Source: the human T2T-CHM13v2.0 reference genome, Homo sapiens
Direction: 5' to 3' (one strand)
Assembly (NCBI RefSeq): GCF_009914755.1
Contig: NC_060943.1
Length of the DNA: 64,000 nt
Of this stretch, positions 27,875-41,500 are shown piece by piece. The position numbers were made by a program, and so were the translations under genes. Position 1 is the stretch's first letter, and the number at the start of each line of letters is the position of its first letter. Below the pieces are notes generated by a model. The model was not told where the DNA came from, ran no database searches, and saw only the letters and a list, made by a program, of their open reading frames with translations.

Positions 27875-30800
27875 CTCAGTAACTTCCTTGTGTTGTGTGT
27901 ATTCAACTCACAGAGTTGAACGATCCTTTACACAGAGCAGACTTGAAACACTCTTTTTGTGGAATTTGCAAGTGGAGATTTCAGCCGCTTTGAGGTCAAT
28001 GGTAGAATAGGAAATATCTTCCTATAGAAACTAGACAGAATGATTCTCAGAAACTCCTTTGTGATGTGTGCGTTCAACTCACAGAGTTTAACCTTTCTTT
28101 TCATAGAGCAGTTGGGAAACACTCTGTTTGTAAAGTCTGCAAGTGGATATTCAGACATCCTTGAGGCTTTCGTTGGAAAAGGGATTTCTTCATATTCTGC
28201 TAGAAAGAAGAATTCTCAGTAACTTCCTTGTGTTGTGTGTATTCAACTCACAGAGTTGAACGATCCTTTACACAGAGCAGACTTGAAACACTCTTTTTGT
28301 GGAATTTGCAAGTGGAGATTTCAGCCGCTTTGAGGTCAATGGTAGAATAGGAAATATCTTCCTATAGAAAGTAGACAGAATGATTCTCAGAAACTCCTTT
28401 GTGATGTGTGCGTTCAACTCACAGAGTTTAACCTTTCTTTTCATAGAGCAGTTGGGAAACACTCTGTTTGTAAAGTCTGCAAGTGGATATTCAGACCTCC
28501 TTGAGGCCTTCGTTGGAAGCGGGATTTCTTCATGTTCGGCTAGACAGAAGAATTCTCAGAAACTTCCTTGTGTTGTGTGTTTTCAACTCACAGAGTTGAA
28601 CGATCCTTTACACAGAGCAGACTTGAAACACTCCTTTGGTGGAATTTGCAAGTGGAGATTTCAGCCGCTTTGAGGTCAATGGTAGAATAGGAAATATCTT
28701 CCTATAGAAAGTAGACAGAATGATTCTCAGAAACTCCTTTGTGATGTGTGCGTTCAACTCACAGAGTTCAACCTTTCTTTTCATAGAGCAGTTGGGAAAC
28801 ACTCTGTTTGTAAAGTCTGCAAGTGGATATTCAGACTTCTTTGAGGCCTTCGTTGGAAGCGGGATTTCTTCATGTTCTGCTAGACAGAAGAATTCTCAGA
28901 AACTTCCTTGTGTTGTGTGTTTTCAACTCACAGAGTTGAACGATCCTTTACACAGAGCAGACTTGAAACACTCCTTTGGTGGAATTTGCAAGTGGAGATT
29001 TCAGCCGCTTTGAGGTCAATGGTAGAATAGGAAATATCTTCCTATAGAAAGTAGACAGAATGATTCTCAGAAACTCCTTTGTGATGTGTGCGTTCAACTC
29101 ACAGAGTTTAACCTTTCTTTTCATAGAGCAGTTAGGAAACACTCTGTTTGTAAAGTCTGCAAGTGGATATTCAGACCTCCTTGAGGCCTTCGTTGGAAAC
29201 AGGATTTCTTCATATTCTGCTAGACAGAAGAATTCTCAGTAACTTCCTTGTGTTGTGTGTATTCAACTCACAGAGTTGAACGATCCTTTACACAGAGCAG
29301 ACTTGAAACACTCTTTTTGTGGAATTTGCAAGTGGAGATTTCAGCCGCTTTGGGTTCAATGGTAGAATAGGAAATATCTTCCTATAGAAACTAGACAGAA
29401 TGATTCTCAGAAACTCCTTTGTGATGTGTGCGTTCAACTCACAGAGTTCAACCTTTCTTTTCATAGAGCAGTTGGGAAACACTCTGTTTGTAAAGTCTGC
29501 AAGTGGATATTCAGACTTCTTTGAGGCCTTCGTTGGAAGCGGGATTTCTTCATATTCTGCTAGACAGAAGAATTCTCAGTAACTGCCTTGTGTTGTGTGT
29601 ATTCAACTCACAGAGTTGAACGATCCTTTACACAGAGCAGACTTGAAACACTCTTTTTGTGGAATTTGCAAGTGGAGATTTCAGCCGCTTTGAGGTCAAT
29701 GGTAGAATAGGAAATATCTTCCTATAGAAACTAGACAGAATGATTCTCAGAAACTCCTTTGTGATGTGTGCGTTCAACTCACAGAGTTCAACCTTTCTTT
29801 TCATAGAGCAGTTGGGAAACACTCTGTTTGTAAAGTCTGCAAGTGGATATTCAGACCTCTTTGAGGCCTTCGTTGGAAGCGGGATTTCGTCATATTCTGC
29901 TAGACAGAAGAATTCTCAGTAACTGCCTTGTGTTGTGTGTATTCAACTCACAGAGTTGAACGATCCTTTACACAGAGCAGACTTGAAACACTCTTTTTGT
30001 GGAATTTGCAAGTGGAGATTTCAGCCGCTTTGAGGTCAATGGTAGAATAGGAAATATCTTCCTATAGAAACTAGACAGAATGATTCTCAGAAACTCCTTT
30101 GTGATGTGTGCGTTCAACTCACAGAGTTTAACCTTTCTTTTCATAGAGCAGTTAGGAAACACTCTGTTTGTAAAGTCTGCAAGTGGATATTCAGACATCC
30201 TTGAGGCTTTCGTTGGAAACGGGATTTCTTCATATTCTGCTAGAAAGAAGAATTCTCAGTAACTTCCTTGTGTTGTGTGTATTCAACTCACAGAGTTGAA
30301 CGATCCTTTACACAGAGCAGACTTGAAACACTCTTTTTGTGGAATTTGCAAGTGGAGATTTCAGCCGCTTTGAGGTCAATGGTAGAATAGGAAATATCTT
30401 CCTATACAAACTAGACAGAATGATTCTCAGAAACTCCTTTGTGATGTGTGCGTTCAACTCACAGAGTTTAACCTTTCTTTTCATAGAGCAGTTGGGAAAC
30501 ACTCTGTTTGTAAAGTCTGCAAGTGGATATTCAGACATCCTTGAGGCTTTCGTTGGAAACGGGATTTCTTCATATTCTGCTAGAAAGAAGAATTCTCAGT
30601 AACTTCCTTGTGTTGTGTGTATTCAACTCACAGAGTTGAACGATCCTTTACACAGAGCAGACTTGAAACACTCTTTTTGTGGAATTTGCAAGTGGAGATT
30701 TCAGCCGCTTTGAGGTCAATGGTAGAATAGGAAATATCTTCCTATAGAAACTAGACAGAATGATTCTCAGAAACTCCTTTGTGATGTGTGCGTTCAACTC

Positions 30801-33800
30801 ACAGAGTTTAACCTTTCTTTTCATAGAGCAGTTGGGAAACACTCTGTTTGTAAAGTCTGCAAGTGGATATTCAGACATCCTTGAGGCTTTCGTTGGAAAC
30901 GGGATTTCTTCATATTCTGCTAGAAAGAAGAATTCTCAGTAACTTCCTTGTGTTGTGTGTATTCAACTCACAGAGTTGAACGATCCTTTACACAGAGCAG
31001 ACTTGAAACACTCTTTTTGTGGAATTTGCAAGTGGAGATTTCAGCCGCTTTGAGGTCAATGGTAGAATAGGAAATATCTTCCTATAGAAAGTAGACAGAA
31101 TGATTCTCAGAAACTCCTTTGTGATGTGTGCGTTCAACTCACAGAGTTTAACCTTTCTTTTCATAGAGCAGTTAGGAAACACTCTGTTTGTAAAGTCTGC
31201 AAGTGGATATTCAGACCTCCTTGAGGCCTTCCTTGGAAACGGGATTTCTTCATATTATGCTAGACAGAAGAATTCTCAGTAACTTCCTTGTGTTGTGTGT
31301 ATTCAACTCACAGAGTTGAACGATCCTTTACACAGAGCAGACTTGAAACACTCTTTTTGTGGAATTTGCAAGTGGAGATTTCAGCCGCTTTGAGTTCAAT
31401 GGTAGAATAGGAAATATCTTCCTATAGAAACTAGACAGAATGATTCTCAGAAACTCCTTTGTGATGTGTGCGTTCAACTCACAGAGTTTAACCTTTCTTT
31501 TCATAGAGCCGTTAGGAAACACTCTGTTTGTAAAGTCTGCAAGTGGATATTCAGACATCCTTGAGGCTTTCGTTGGAAACGGGATTTCTTCATATTGTGC
31601 TAGAAAGAAGAATTCTCAGTAACTTCCTTGTGTTGTGTGTATTCAACTCACAGAGTTGAACGATCCTTTACACAGAGCAGACTTGAAACACTCTTTTTGT
31701 GGAATTTGCAAGTGGAGATTTCAGCCGCTTTGAGTTCAATGGTAGAATAGGAAATATCTTCCTATAGAAACTAGACAGAATGATTCTCAGAAACTCCTTT
31801 GTGATGTGTGCGTTCAACTCACAGAGTTTAACCTTTCTTTTCATAGAGCAGTTGGGAAACACTCTGTTTGTAAAGTCTGCAAGTAGATATTCAGACATCC
31901 TTGAGGCTTTCGTTGGAAACGGGATTTCTTCATATTCTGCTAGAAAGAAGAATTCTCAGTAACTTCCTTGTGTTGTGTGTATTCAACTCACAGAGTTGAA
32001 CGATCCTTTACACAGAGCAGACTTGAAACACTCTTTTTGTGGAATTTGCAAGTGGAGATTTCAGCCGCTTTGAGGTCAATGGTAGAATAGGAAATATCTT
32101 CCTATAGAAACTAGACAGAATGATTCTCAGAAACTCCTTTGTGATGTGTGCGTTCAACTCACAGAGTTTAACCTTTCTTTTCATAGAGCAGTTGGGAAAC
32201 ACTCTGTTTGTAAAGTCTGCAAGTGGATATTCAGACATCCTTGAGGCTTTCGTTGGAAAAGGGATTTCTTCATATTCTGCTAGAAAGAAGAATTCTCAGT
32301 AACTTCCTTGTGTTGTGTGTATTCAACTCACAGAGTTGAACGATCCTTTACACAGAGCAGACTTGAAACACTCTTTTTGTGGAATTTGCAAGTGGAGATT
32401 TCAGCCGCTTTGAGGTCAATGGTAGAATAGGAAATATCTTCCTATAGAAAGTAGACAGAATGATTCTCAGAAACTCCTTTGTGATGTGTGCGTTCAACTC
32501 ACAGAGTTTAACCTTTCTTTTCATAGAGCAGTTGGGAAACACTCTGTTTGTAAAGTCTGCAAGTGGATATTCAGACCTCCTTGAGGCCTTCGTTGGAAGC
32601 GGGATTTCTTCATGTTCGGCTAGACAGAAGAATTCTCAGAAACTTCCTTGTGTTGTGTGTTTTCAACTCACAGAGTTGAACGATCCTTTACACAGAGCAG
32701 ACTTGAAACACTCCTTTGGTGGAATTTGCAAGTGGAGATTTCAGCCGCTTTGAGGTCAATGGTAGAATAGGAAATATCTTCCTATAGAAAGTAGACAGAA
32801 TGATTCTCAGAAACTCCTTTGTGATGTGTGCGTTCAACTCACAGAGTTCAACCTTTCTTTTCATAGAGCAGTTGGGAAACACTCTGTTTGTAAAGTCTGC
32901 AAGTGGATATTCAGACTTCTTTGAGGCCTTCGTTGGAAGCGGGATTTCTTCATGTTCTGCTAGACAGAAGAATTCTCAGAAACTTCCTTGTGTTGTGTGT
33001 TTTCAACTCACAGAGTTGAACGATCCTTTACACAGAGCAGACTTGAAACACTCCTTTGGTGGAATTTGCAAGTGGAGATTTCAGCCGCTTTGAGGTCAAT
33101 GGTAGAATAGGAAATATCTTCCTATAGAAAGTAGACAGAATGATTCTCAGAAACTCCTTTGTGATGTGTGCGTTCAACTCACAGAGTTTAACCTTTCTTT
33201 TCATAGAGCAGTTAGGAAACACTCTGTTTGTAAAGTCTGCAAGTGGATATTCAGACCTCCTTGAGGCCTTCGTTGGAAACAGGATTTCTTCATATTCTGC
33301 TAGACAGAAGAATTCTCAGTAACTTCCTTGTGTTGTGTGTATTCAACTCACAGAGTTGAACGATCCTTTACACAGAGCAGACTTGAAACACTCTTTTTGT
33401 GGAATTTGCAAGTGGAGATTTCAGCCGCTTTGGGTTCAATGGTAGAATAGGAAATATCTTCCTATAGAAACTAGACAGAATGATTCTCAGAAACTCCTTT
33501 GTGATGTGTGCGTTCAACTCACAGAGTTCAACCTTTCTTTTCATAGAGCAGTTGGGAAACACTCTGTTTGTAAAGTCTGCAAGTGGATATTCAGACTTCT
33601 TTGAGGCCTTCGTTGGAAGCGGGATTTCTTCATATTCTGCTAGACAGAAGAATTCTCAGTAACTGCCTTGTGTTGTGTGTATTCAACTCACAGAGTTGAA
33701 CGATCCTTTACACAGAGCAGACTTGAAACACTCTTTTTGTGGAATTTGCAAGTGGAGATTTCAGCCGCTTTGAGGTCAATGGTAGAATAGGAAATATCTT

Positions 33801-35525
33801 CCTATAGAAACTAGACAGAATGATTCTCAGAAACTCCTTTGTGATGTGTGCGTTCAACTCACAGAGTTCAACCTTTCTTTTCATAGAGCAGTTGGGAAAC
33901 ACTCTGTTTGTAAAGTCTGCAAGTGGATATTCAGACTTCTTTGAGGCCTTCGTTGGAAGCGGGATTTCGTCATATTCTGCTAGACAGAAGAATTCTCAGT
34001 AACTGCCTTGTGTTGTGTGTATTCAACTCACAGAGTTGAACGATCCTTTACACAGAGCAGACTTGAAACACTCTTTTTGTGGAATTTGCAAGTGGAGATT
34101 TCAGCCGCTTTGAGGTCAATGGTAGAATAGGAAATATCTTCCTATAGAAACTAGACAGAATGATTCTCAGAAACTCCTTTGTGATGTGTGCGTTCAACTC
34201 ACAGAGTTTAACCTTTCTTTTCATAGAGCAGTTAGGAAACACTCTGTTTGTAAAGTCTGCAAGTGGATATTCAGACATCCTTGAGGCTTTCGTTGGAAAC
34301 GGGATTTCTTCATATTCTGCTAGAAAGAAGAATTCTCAGTAACTTCCTTGTGTTGTGTGTATTCAACTCACAGAGTTGAACGATCCTTTACACAGAGCAG
34401 ACTTGAAACACTCTTTTTGTGGAATTTGCAAGTGGAGATTTCAGCCGCTTTGAGGTCAATGGTAGAATAGGAAATATCTTCCTATACAAACTAGACAGAA
34501 TGATTCTCAGAAACTCCTTTGTGATGTGTGCGTTCAACTCACAGAGTTTAACCTTTCTTTTCATAGAGCAGTTGGGAAACACTCTGTTTGTAAAGTCTGC
34601 AAGTGGATATTCAGACATCCTTGAGGCTTTCGTTGGAAACGGGATTTCTTCATATTCTGCTAGAAAGAAGAATTCTCAGTAACTTCCTTGTGTTGTGTGT
34701 ATTCAACTCACAGAGTTGAACGATCCTTTACACAGAGCAGACTTGAAACACTCTTTTTGTGGAATTTGCAAGTGGAGATTTCAGCCGCTTTGAGGTCAAT
34801 GGTAGAATAGGAAATATCTTCCTATAGAAACTAGACAGAATGATTCTCAGAAACTCCTTTGTGATGTGTGCGTTCAACTCACAGAGTTTAACCTTTCTTT
34901 TCATAGAGCAGTTGGGAAACACTCTGTTTGTAAAGTCTGCAAGTGGATATTCAGACATCCTTGAGGCTTTCGTTGGAAACGGGATTTCTTCATATTCTGC
35001 TAGAAAGAAGAATTCTCAGTAACTTCCTTGTGTTGTGTGTATTCAACTCACAGAGTTGAACGATCCTTTACACAGAGCAGACTTGAAACACTCTTTTTGT
35101 GGAATTTGCAAGTGGAGATTTCAGCCGCTTTGAGGTCAATGGTAGAATAGGAAATATCTTCCTATAGAAAGTAGACAGAATGATTCTCAGAAACTCCTTT
35201 GTGATGTGTGCGTTCAACTCACAGAGTTTAACCTTTCTTTTCATAGAGCAGTTAGGAAACACTCTGTTTGTAAAGTCTGCAAGTGGATATTCAGACCTCC
35301 TTGAGGCCTTCCTTGGAAACGGGATTTCTTCATATTATGCTAGACAGAAGAATTCTCAGTAACTTCCTTGTGTTGTGTGTATTCAACTCACAGAGTTGAA
35401 CGATCCTTTACACAGAGCAGACTTGAAACACTCTTTTTGTGGAATTTGCAAGTGGAGATTTCAGCCGCTTTGAGTTCAATGGTAGAATAGGAAATATCTT
35501 CCTATAGAAACTAGACAGAATGATT
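27366..35525 (+). repeat. Tandem duplication of a 12-dimer block (4080 bp x2); boundaries approximate
   Basis: AAGTAGAT, GGAAAAGGGA, TTCGGC, CCTTTGGT (twice), AAACAGGA, TGGGTTC, TTTCGTCAT, TATACAAA and CCTTCCTTGG all recur at exactly +4080. Confidence 0.93.
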
Positions 35526-38500
35526 CTCAGAAACTCCTTTGTGATGTGTGCGTTCAACTCACAGAGTTCAACCTTTCTTTTCATAGAGCAGTTGGGAAAC
35601 ACTCTGTTTGTAAAGTCTGCAAGTGGATATTCAGACTTCTTTGAGGCCTTCGTTGGAAGCGGGATTTCTTCATGTTCTGCTAGACAGAAGAATTCTCCGA
35701 AACTTCCTTGTGTTGTGTGTTTTCAACTCACAGAGTTGAACGATCCTTTACACAGAGCAGACTTGAAACACTCCTTTTGTGGAATTTGCAAGTGGAGATT
35801 TCAGCCGCTTTGAGGTCAATGGTAGAATAGGAAATATCTTCCTATAGAAAGTAGACAGAGTGATTCTCAGAAACTCCTTTGTGATGTGTGCGTTCAACTC
35901 ACAGAGTTTAACCTTTCTTTTCATAGAGCAGTTAGGAAACACTCTGTTTGTAAAGTCTGCAAGTGGATATTCAGACCTCCTTAAGGCCTTCGTTGGAAAC
36001 GGGATTTCTTCATATTATGCTAGACAGAAGAATTCTCAGTAACTTCCTTGTGTTGTGTGTATTCAACTCACAGAGTTGAACGATCCTTTACACAGAGCAG
36101 ACTTGAAACACTCTTTTTGTGGAATTTGCAAGTGGAGATTTCAGCCGCTGTGAGTTCAATGGTAGAATAGGAAATATCTTCCTATAGAAACTAGACAGAA
36201 TGATTCTCAGAAACTCCTTTGTGATGTGTGCGTTCAACTCACAGAGTTCAACCTTTCTTTTCATAGAGCAGTTGGGAAACACTCTGTTTGTAAAGTCTGC
36301 AAGTGGATATTCAGACTTCTTTGAGGCCTTCGTTGGAAGCGGGATTTCTTCATATTCTGCTAGACAGAAGAATTCTCAGTAACTGCCTTGTGTTGTGTGT
36401 ATTCAACTCACAGAGTTGAACGATCCTTTACACAGAGCAGACTTGAAACACTCTTTTTGTGGAATTTGCAAGTGGAGATTTCAGCCGCTTTGAGGTCAAT
36501 GGTAGAATAGGAAATATCTTCCTATAGAAACTAGACAGAATGATTCTCAGAAACTCCTTTGTGATGTGTGCGTTCAACTCACAGAGTTTAACCTTTCTTT
36601 TCATAGAGCAGTTAGGAAACACTCTGATTGTAAAGTCTGCAAGTGGATATTCAGACCTCCTTGAGGCCTTCGTTGGAAACGGGATTTCTTCATATTATGC
36701 TAGACAGAAGAATTCTCAGTAACTTCCTTGTGTTGTGTGTATTCAACTCACAGAGTTGAACGATCCTTTACACAGAGCAGACTTGAAACACTCTTTTTGT
36801 GGAATTTGCAAGTGGAGATTTCTGCCGCTTTGAGTTCAATGGTAGAATAGGAAATATCTTCCTATAGAAACTAGACAGAATGATTCTCAGAAACTCCTTT
36901 GTGATGTGTGCGTTCAACTCACAGAGTTCAACCTTTCTTTTCATAGAGCAGTTGGGAAACACTCTGTTTGTAAAGTCTGCAAGTGGATATTCAGACTTCT
37001 TTGAGGCCTTCGTTGGAAGCGGGATTTCTTCATATTCTGCTAGACAGAAGAATTCTCAGTAACTTCCTTGTGTTGTGTGTATTCAACTCACAGAGTTGAA
37101 CGATCCTTTACACAGAGCAGACTTGAAACACTCTTTTTGTGGAATTTGCAAGTGGAGATTTCAGCCGCTTTGAGGTCAATGGTAGAATAGGAAATATCTT
37201 CCTATAGAAACTAGACAGAATGATTCTCAGAAACTCCTTTGTGATGTGTGCGTTCAACTCACAGAGTTTAACCTTTCTTTTCATAGAGCAGTTGGGAAAC
37301 ACTCTGTTTGTAAAGTCTGCAAGTGGATATTCAGACATCCTTGAGGCTTTCGTTGGAAAAGGGATTTCTCCATATTCTGCTAGAAAGAAGAATTCTCAGT
37401 AACTTCCTTGTGTTGTGTGTATTCAACTCACAGAGTTGAACGATCCTTTACACAGAGCAGACTTGAAACACTCTTTTTGTGGAATTTGCAAGTGGAGATT
37501 TCAGCCGCTTTGAGGTCAATGGTAGAATAGGAAATATCTTCCTATAGAAACTAGACAGAATGATTCTCAGAAACTCCTTTGTGATGTGTGCGTTCAACTC
37601 ACAGAGTTTAACCTTTCTTTTCATAGAGCAGTTAGGAAACACTCTGTTTGTAAAGTCTGCAAGTGGATATTCAGACCTCCTTGAGGCCTTCGTTGGAAAC
37701 GGGATTTCTTCATATTATGCTAGACAGAAGAATTCTCAGTAACTTCCTTGTGTTGTGTGTATTCAACTCACAGAGTTGAACGATCCTTTACACAGAGCAG
37801 ACTTGAAACACTCTTTTTGTGGAATTTGCAAGTGGAGATTTCAGCCGCTGTGAGTTCAATGGTAGAATAGGAAATATCTTCCTATAGAAACTAGACAGAA
37901 TGATTCTCAGAAACTCCTTTGTGATGTGTGCGTTCAACTCACAGAGTTCAACCTTTCTTTTCATAGAGCAGTTGGGAAACACTCTGTTTGTAAAGTCTGC
38001 AAGTGGATATTCAGACTTCTTTGAGGCCTTCGTTGGAAGCGGGATTTCTTCATATTCTGCTAGACAGAAGAATTCTCAGTAACTGCCTTGTGTTGTGTGT
38101 ATTCAACTCACAGAGTTGAACGATCCTTTACACAGAGCAGACTTGAAACACTCTTTTTGTGGAATTTGCAAGTGGAGATTTCAGCCGCTTTGAGGTCAAT
38201 GGTAGAATAGGAAATATCTTCCTATAGAAACTAGACAGAATGATTCTCAGAAACTCCTTTGTGATGTGTGCGTTCAACTCACAGAGTTCAACCTTTCTTT
38301 TCATAGAGCAGTTGGGAAACACTCTGTTTGTAAAGTCTGCAAGTGGATATTCAGACTTCTTTGAGGCCTTCGTTGGAAGCGGGATTTCTTTATATTCTGC
38401 TAGACAGAAGAATTCTCAGTAACTGCCTTGTGTTGTGTGTATTCAACTCACAGAGTTGAACGATCCTTTACACAGAGCAGACTTGAAACACTCTTTTTGT

Positions 38501-41500
38501 GGAATTTGCAAGTGGAGATTTCAGCCGCTTTGAGGTCAATGGTAGAATAGGAAATATCTTCCTATAGAAACTAGACAGAATGATTCTCAGAAACTCCTTT
38601 GTGATGTGTGCGTTCAACTCACAGAGTTTAATCTTTCTTTTCATAGAGCAGTTAGGAAACACTCTGATTGTAAAGTCTGCAGGTGGATATTCAGAACTCC
38701 TTGAGGCCTTCGTTGGAAACGGGATTTCTTCATATTATGCTAGACAGAAGAATTCTCAGTAACTTCCTTGTGTTGTGTGTATTCAACTCACAGAGTTGAA
38801 CGATCCTTTACACAGAGCAGACTTGAAACCCTCTTTTTGTGGAATTTGCAAGTGGAGATTTCAGCCGCTTTGAGTTCAATGGTAGAATAGGAAATATCTT
38901 CCTATAGAAAGTAGACAGAATGATTCTCAGAAACTCCTTTGTGATGTGTGCGTTCAACTCACAGAGTTCAACGTTTCTTTTCATAGAGCAGTTGGGAAAC
39001 ACTCTGTTTGTAAAGTCTGCAAGTGGATATTCAGACTTCTTTGAGGCCTTCGTTGGAAGCGGGATTTCTTCATATTCTGCTAGACAGAAGAATTCTCAGT
39101 AACTGCCGTGTGTTGTGTGTATTCAACTCACAGAGTTGAACGATCCTTTACACAGAGCAGACTTGAAACACTCTTTTTGTGGAATTTGCAAGTGGAGATT
39201 TCAGCCGCTTTGAGGTCAATGGTAGAATAGGAAATATCTTCCTATAGAAACTAGACAGAATGATTCTCGGAAACTCCTTTGTGATGTGTGCATTCAACTC
39301 ACAGAGTTTACCCTTTCTTTTCATAGAGCAGTTAGGAAACACTCTGTTTGTAAAGTCTGCAAGTGGATATTCAGACATCCTTGAGGCTTTCGTTGGAAAC
39401 GGGATTTCTTCATATTCTGCCAGAAAGAAGAATTCTCAGTAACTTCCTTGTGTTGTGTGTATTCAACTCACAGAGTTGAACGATCCTTTACACAGAGCAG
39501 ACTTGAAACACTCTTTTTGTGGAATTTGCAAGTGGAGATTTCAGCCGCTTTGAGGTCAATGGTAGAATAGGAAATATCTTCCTATAGAAACTAGACAGAA
39601 TGATTCTCAGAAACTCCTTTGTGATGTGTGCGTTCAACTCACAGAGTTTAACCTTTCTTTTCATAGAGCAGTTGGGAAACACTCTGTTTGTAAAGTCTGC
39701 AAGTGGATATTCAGACCTCCTTGAGGCCTTCGTTGGAAACGGGATTTCTTCATATTATGCTAGACAGAAGAATTCTCAGTAACTTCCTTGTGTTGTGTGT
39801 ATTCAACTCACAGAGTTGAACGATCCTTTACACAGAGCAGACTTGAAACACTCTTTTTGTGGAATTTGCAAGTGGAGATTTCAGCCGCTTTGAGTTCAAT
39901 GGTAGAATAGGAAATATCTTCCTATAGAAACTAGACAGAATGATTCTCAGAAACTCCTTTGTGATGTGTGCGTTCAACTCACAGAGTTCAACCTTTCTTT
40001 TCATAGAGCAGTTGGGAAACACTCTGTTTGTAAAGTCTGCAAGTGGATATTCAGACTTCTTTGAGGCCTTCGTTGGAAGCGGGATTTCTTCATATTCTGC
40101 TAGACAGAAGAATTCTCAGTAACTTCCTTGTGTTGTGTGTATTCAACTCACAGAGTTGAACGATCCTTTACACAGAGCAGACTTGAAACACTCTTTTTGT
40201 GGAATTTGCAAGTGGAGATTTCAGCCGCTTTGAGGTCAATGGTAGAATAGGAAATATCTTCCTATAGAAACTAGACAGAATGATTCTCAGAAACTCCTTT
40301 GTGATGTGTGCGTTCAACTCACAGAGTTTAACCTTTCTTTTCATAGAGCAGTTAGGAAACACTCTGTTTGTAAAGTCTGCAAGTGGATATTCAGACATCC
40401 TTGAGGCTTTCGTTGGAAACGGGATTTCTTCATATTCTGCTAGAAAGAAGAATTCTCAGTAACTTCCTTGTGTTGTGTGTATTCAACTCACAGAGTTGAA
40501 CGATCCTTTACACAGAGCAGACTTGAAACACTCTTTTTGTGGAATTTGCAAGTGGAGACTTCAGCCGCTGTGAGGTCAATGGTAGAAGAGGAAATATCTT
40601 CCTATAGAAACTAGACAGAATGATTCTCAGAAACTCCTTTGTGATGTGTGCGTTCAACTCACAGAGTTTAACCTTTCTTTTCATAGAGCAGTTGGGAAAC
40701 ACTCTGTTTGTAAAGTCTGCAAGTGGATATTCAGACCTCCTTGAGGCCTTCGTTGGAAACGGGATTTCTTCATATTATGCTAGACAGAAGAATTCTCAGT
40801 AACTTCCTTGTGTTGTGTGTATTCAACTCACAGAGTTGAACGATCCTTTACACAGAGCAGACTTGAAACACTCTTTTTGTGGAATTTGCAAGTGGAGATT
40901 TCAGCCGCTTTGAGTTCAATGGTAGAATAGGAAATATCTTCCTATAGAAACTAGACAGAATGATTCTCAGAAACTCCTTTGTGATGTGTGCGTTCAACTC
41001 ACAGAGTTCAACCTTTCTTTTCATAGAGCAGTTGGGAAACACTCTGTTTGTAAAGTCTGCAAGTGGATATTCAGACTTCTTTGAGGCCTTCGTTGGAAGC
41101 GGGATTTCTTCATATTCTGCTAGACAGAAGAATTCTCAGAAACTTCCTTGTGTTGTGTGTTTTCAACTCACAGAGTTGAACGATCCTTTACACAGAGCAG
41201 ACTTGAAACACTCCTTTTGTGGAATTTGCAAGTGGAGATTTCAGCCGCTTTGAGGTCAATGGTAGAATAGGAAATATCTTCCTATAGAAAGTAGACAGAA
41301 TGATTCTCAGAAACTCCTTTGTGATGTGTGCGTTCAACTCATAGAGTTTAACCTTTCTTTTCATAGAGCAGTTAGGAAACACTCTGTTTGTAAAGTCTGC
41401 AAGTGGATATTCAGACCTCCTTGAGGCCTTCGTTGGAAACGGGATTTCTTCATATTATGCTAGACAGAAGAATTCTCAGTAACTTCCTTGTGTTGTGTGT

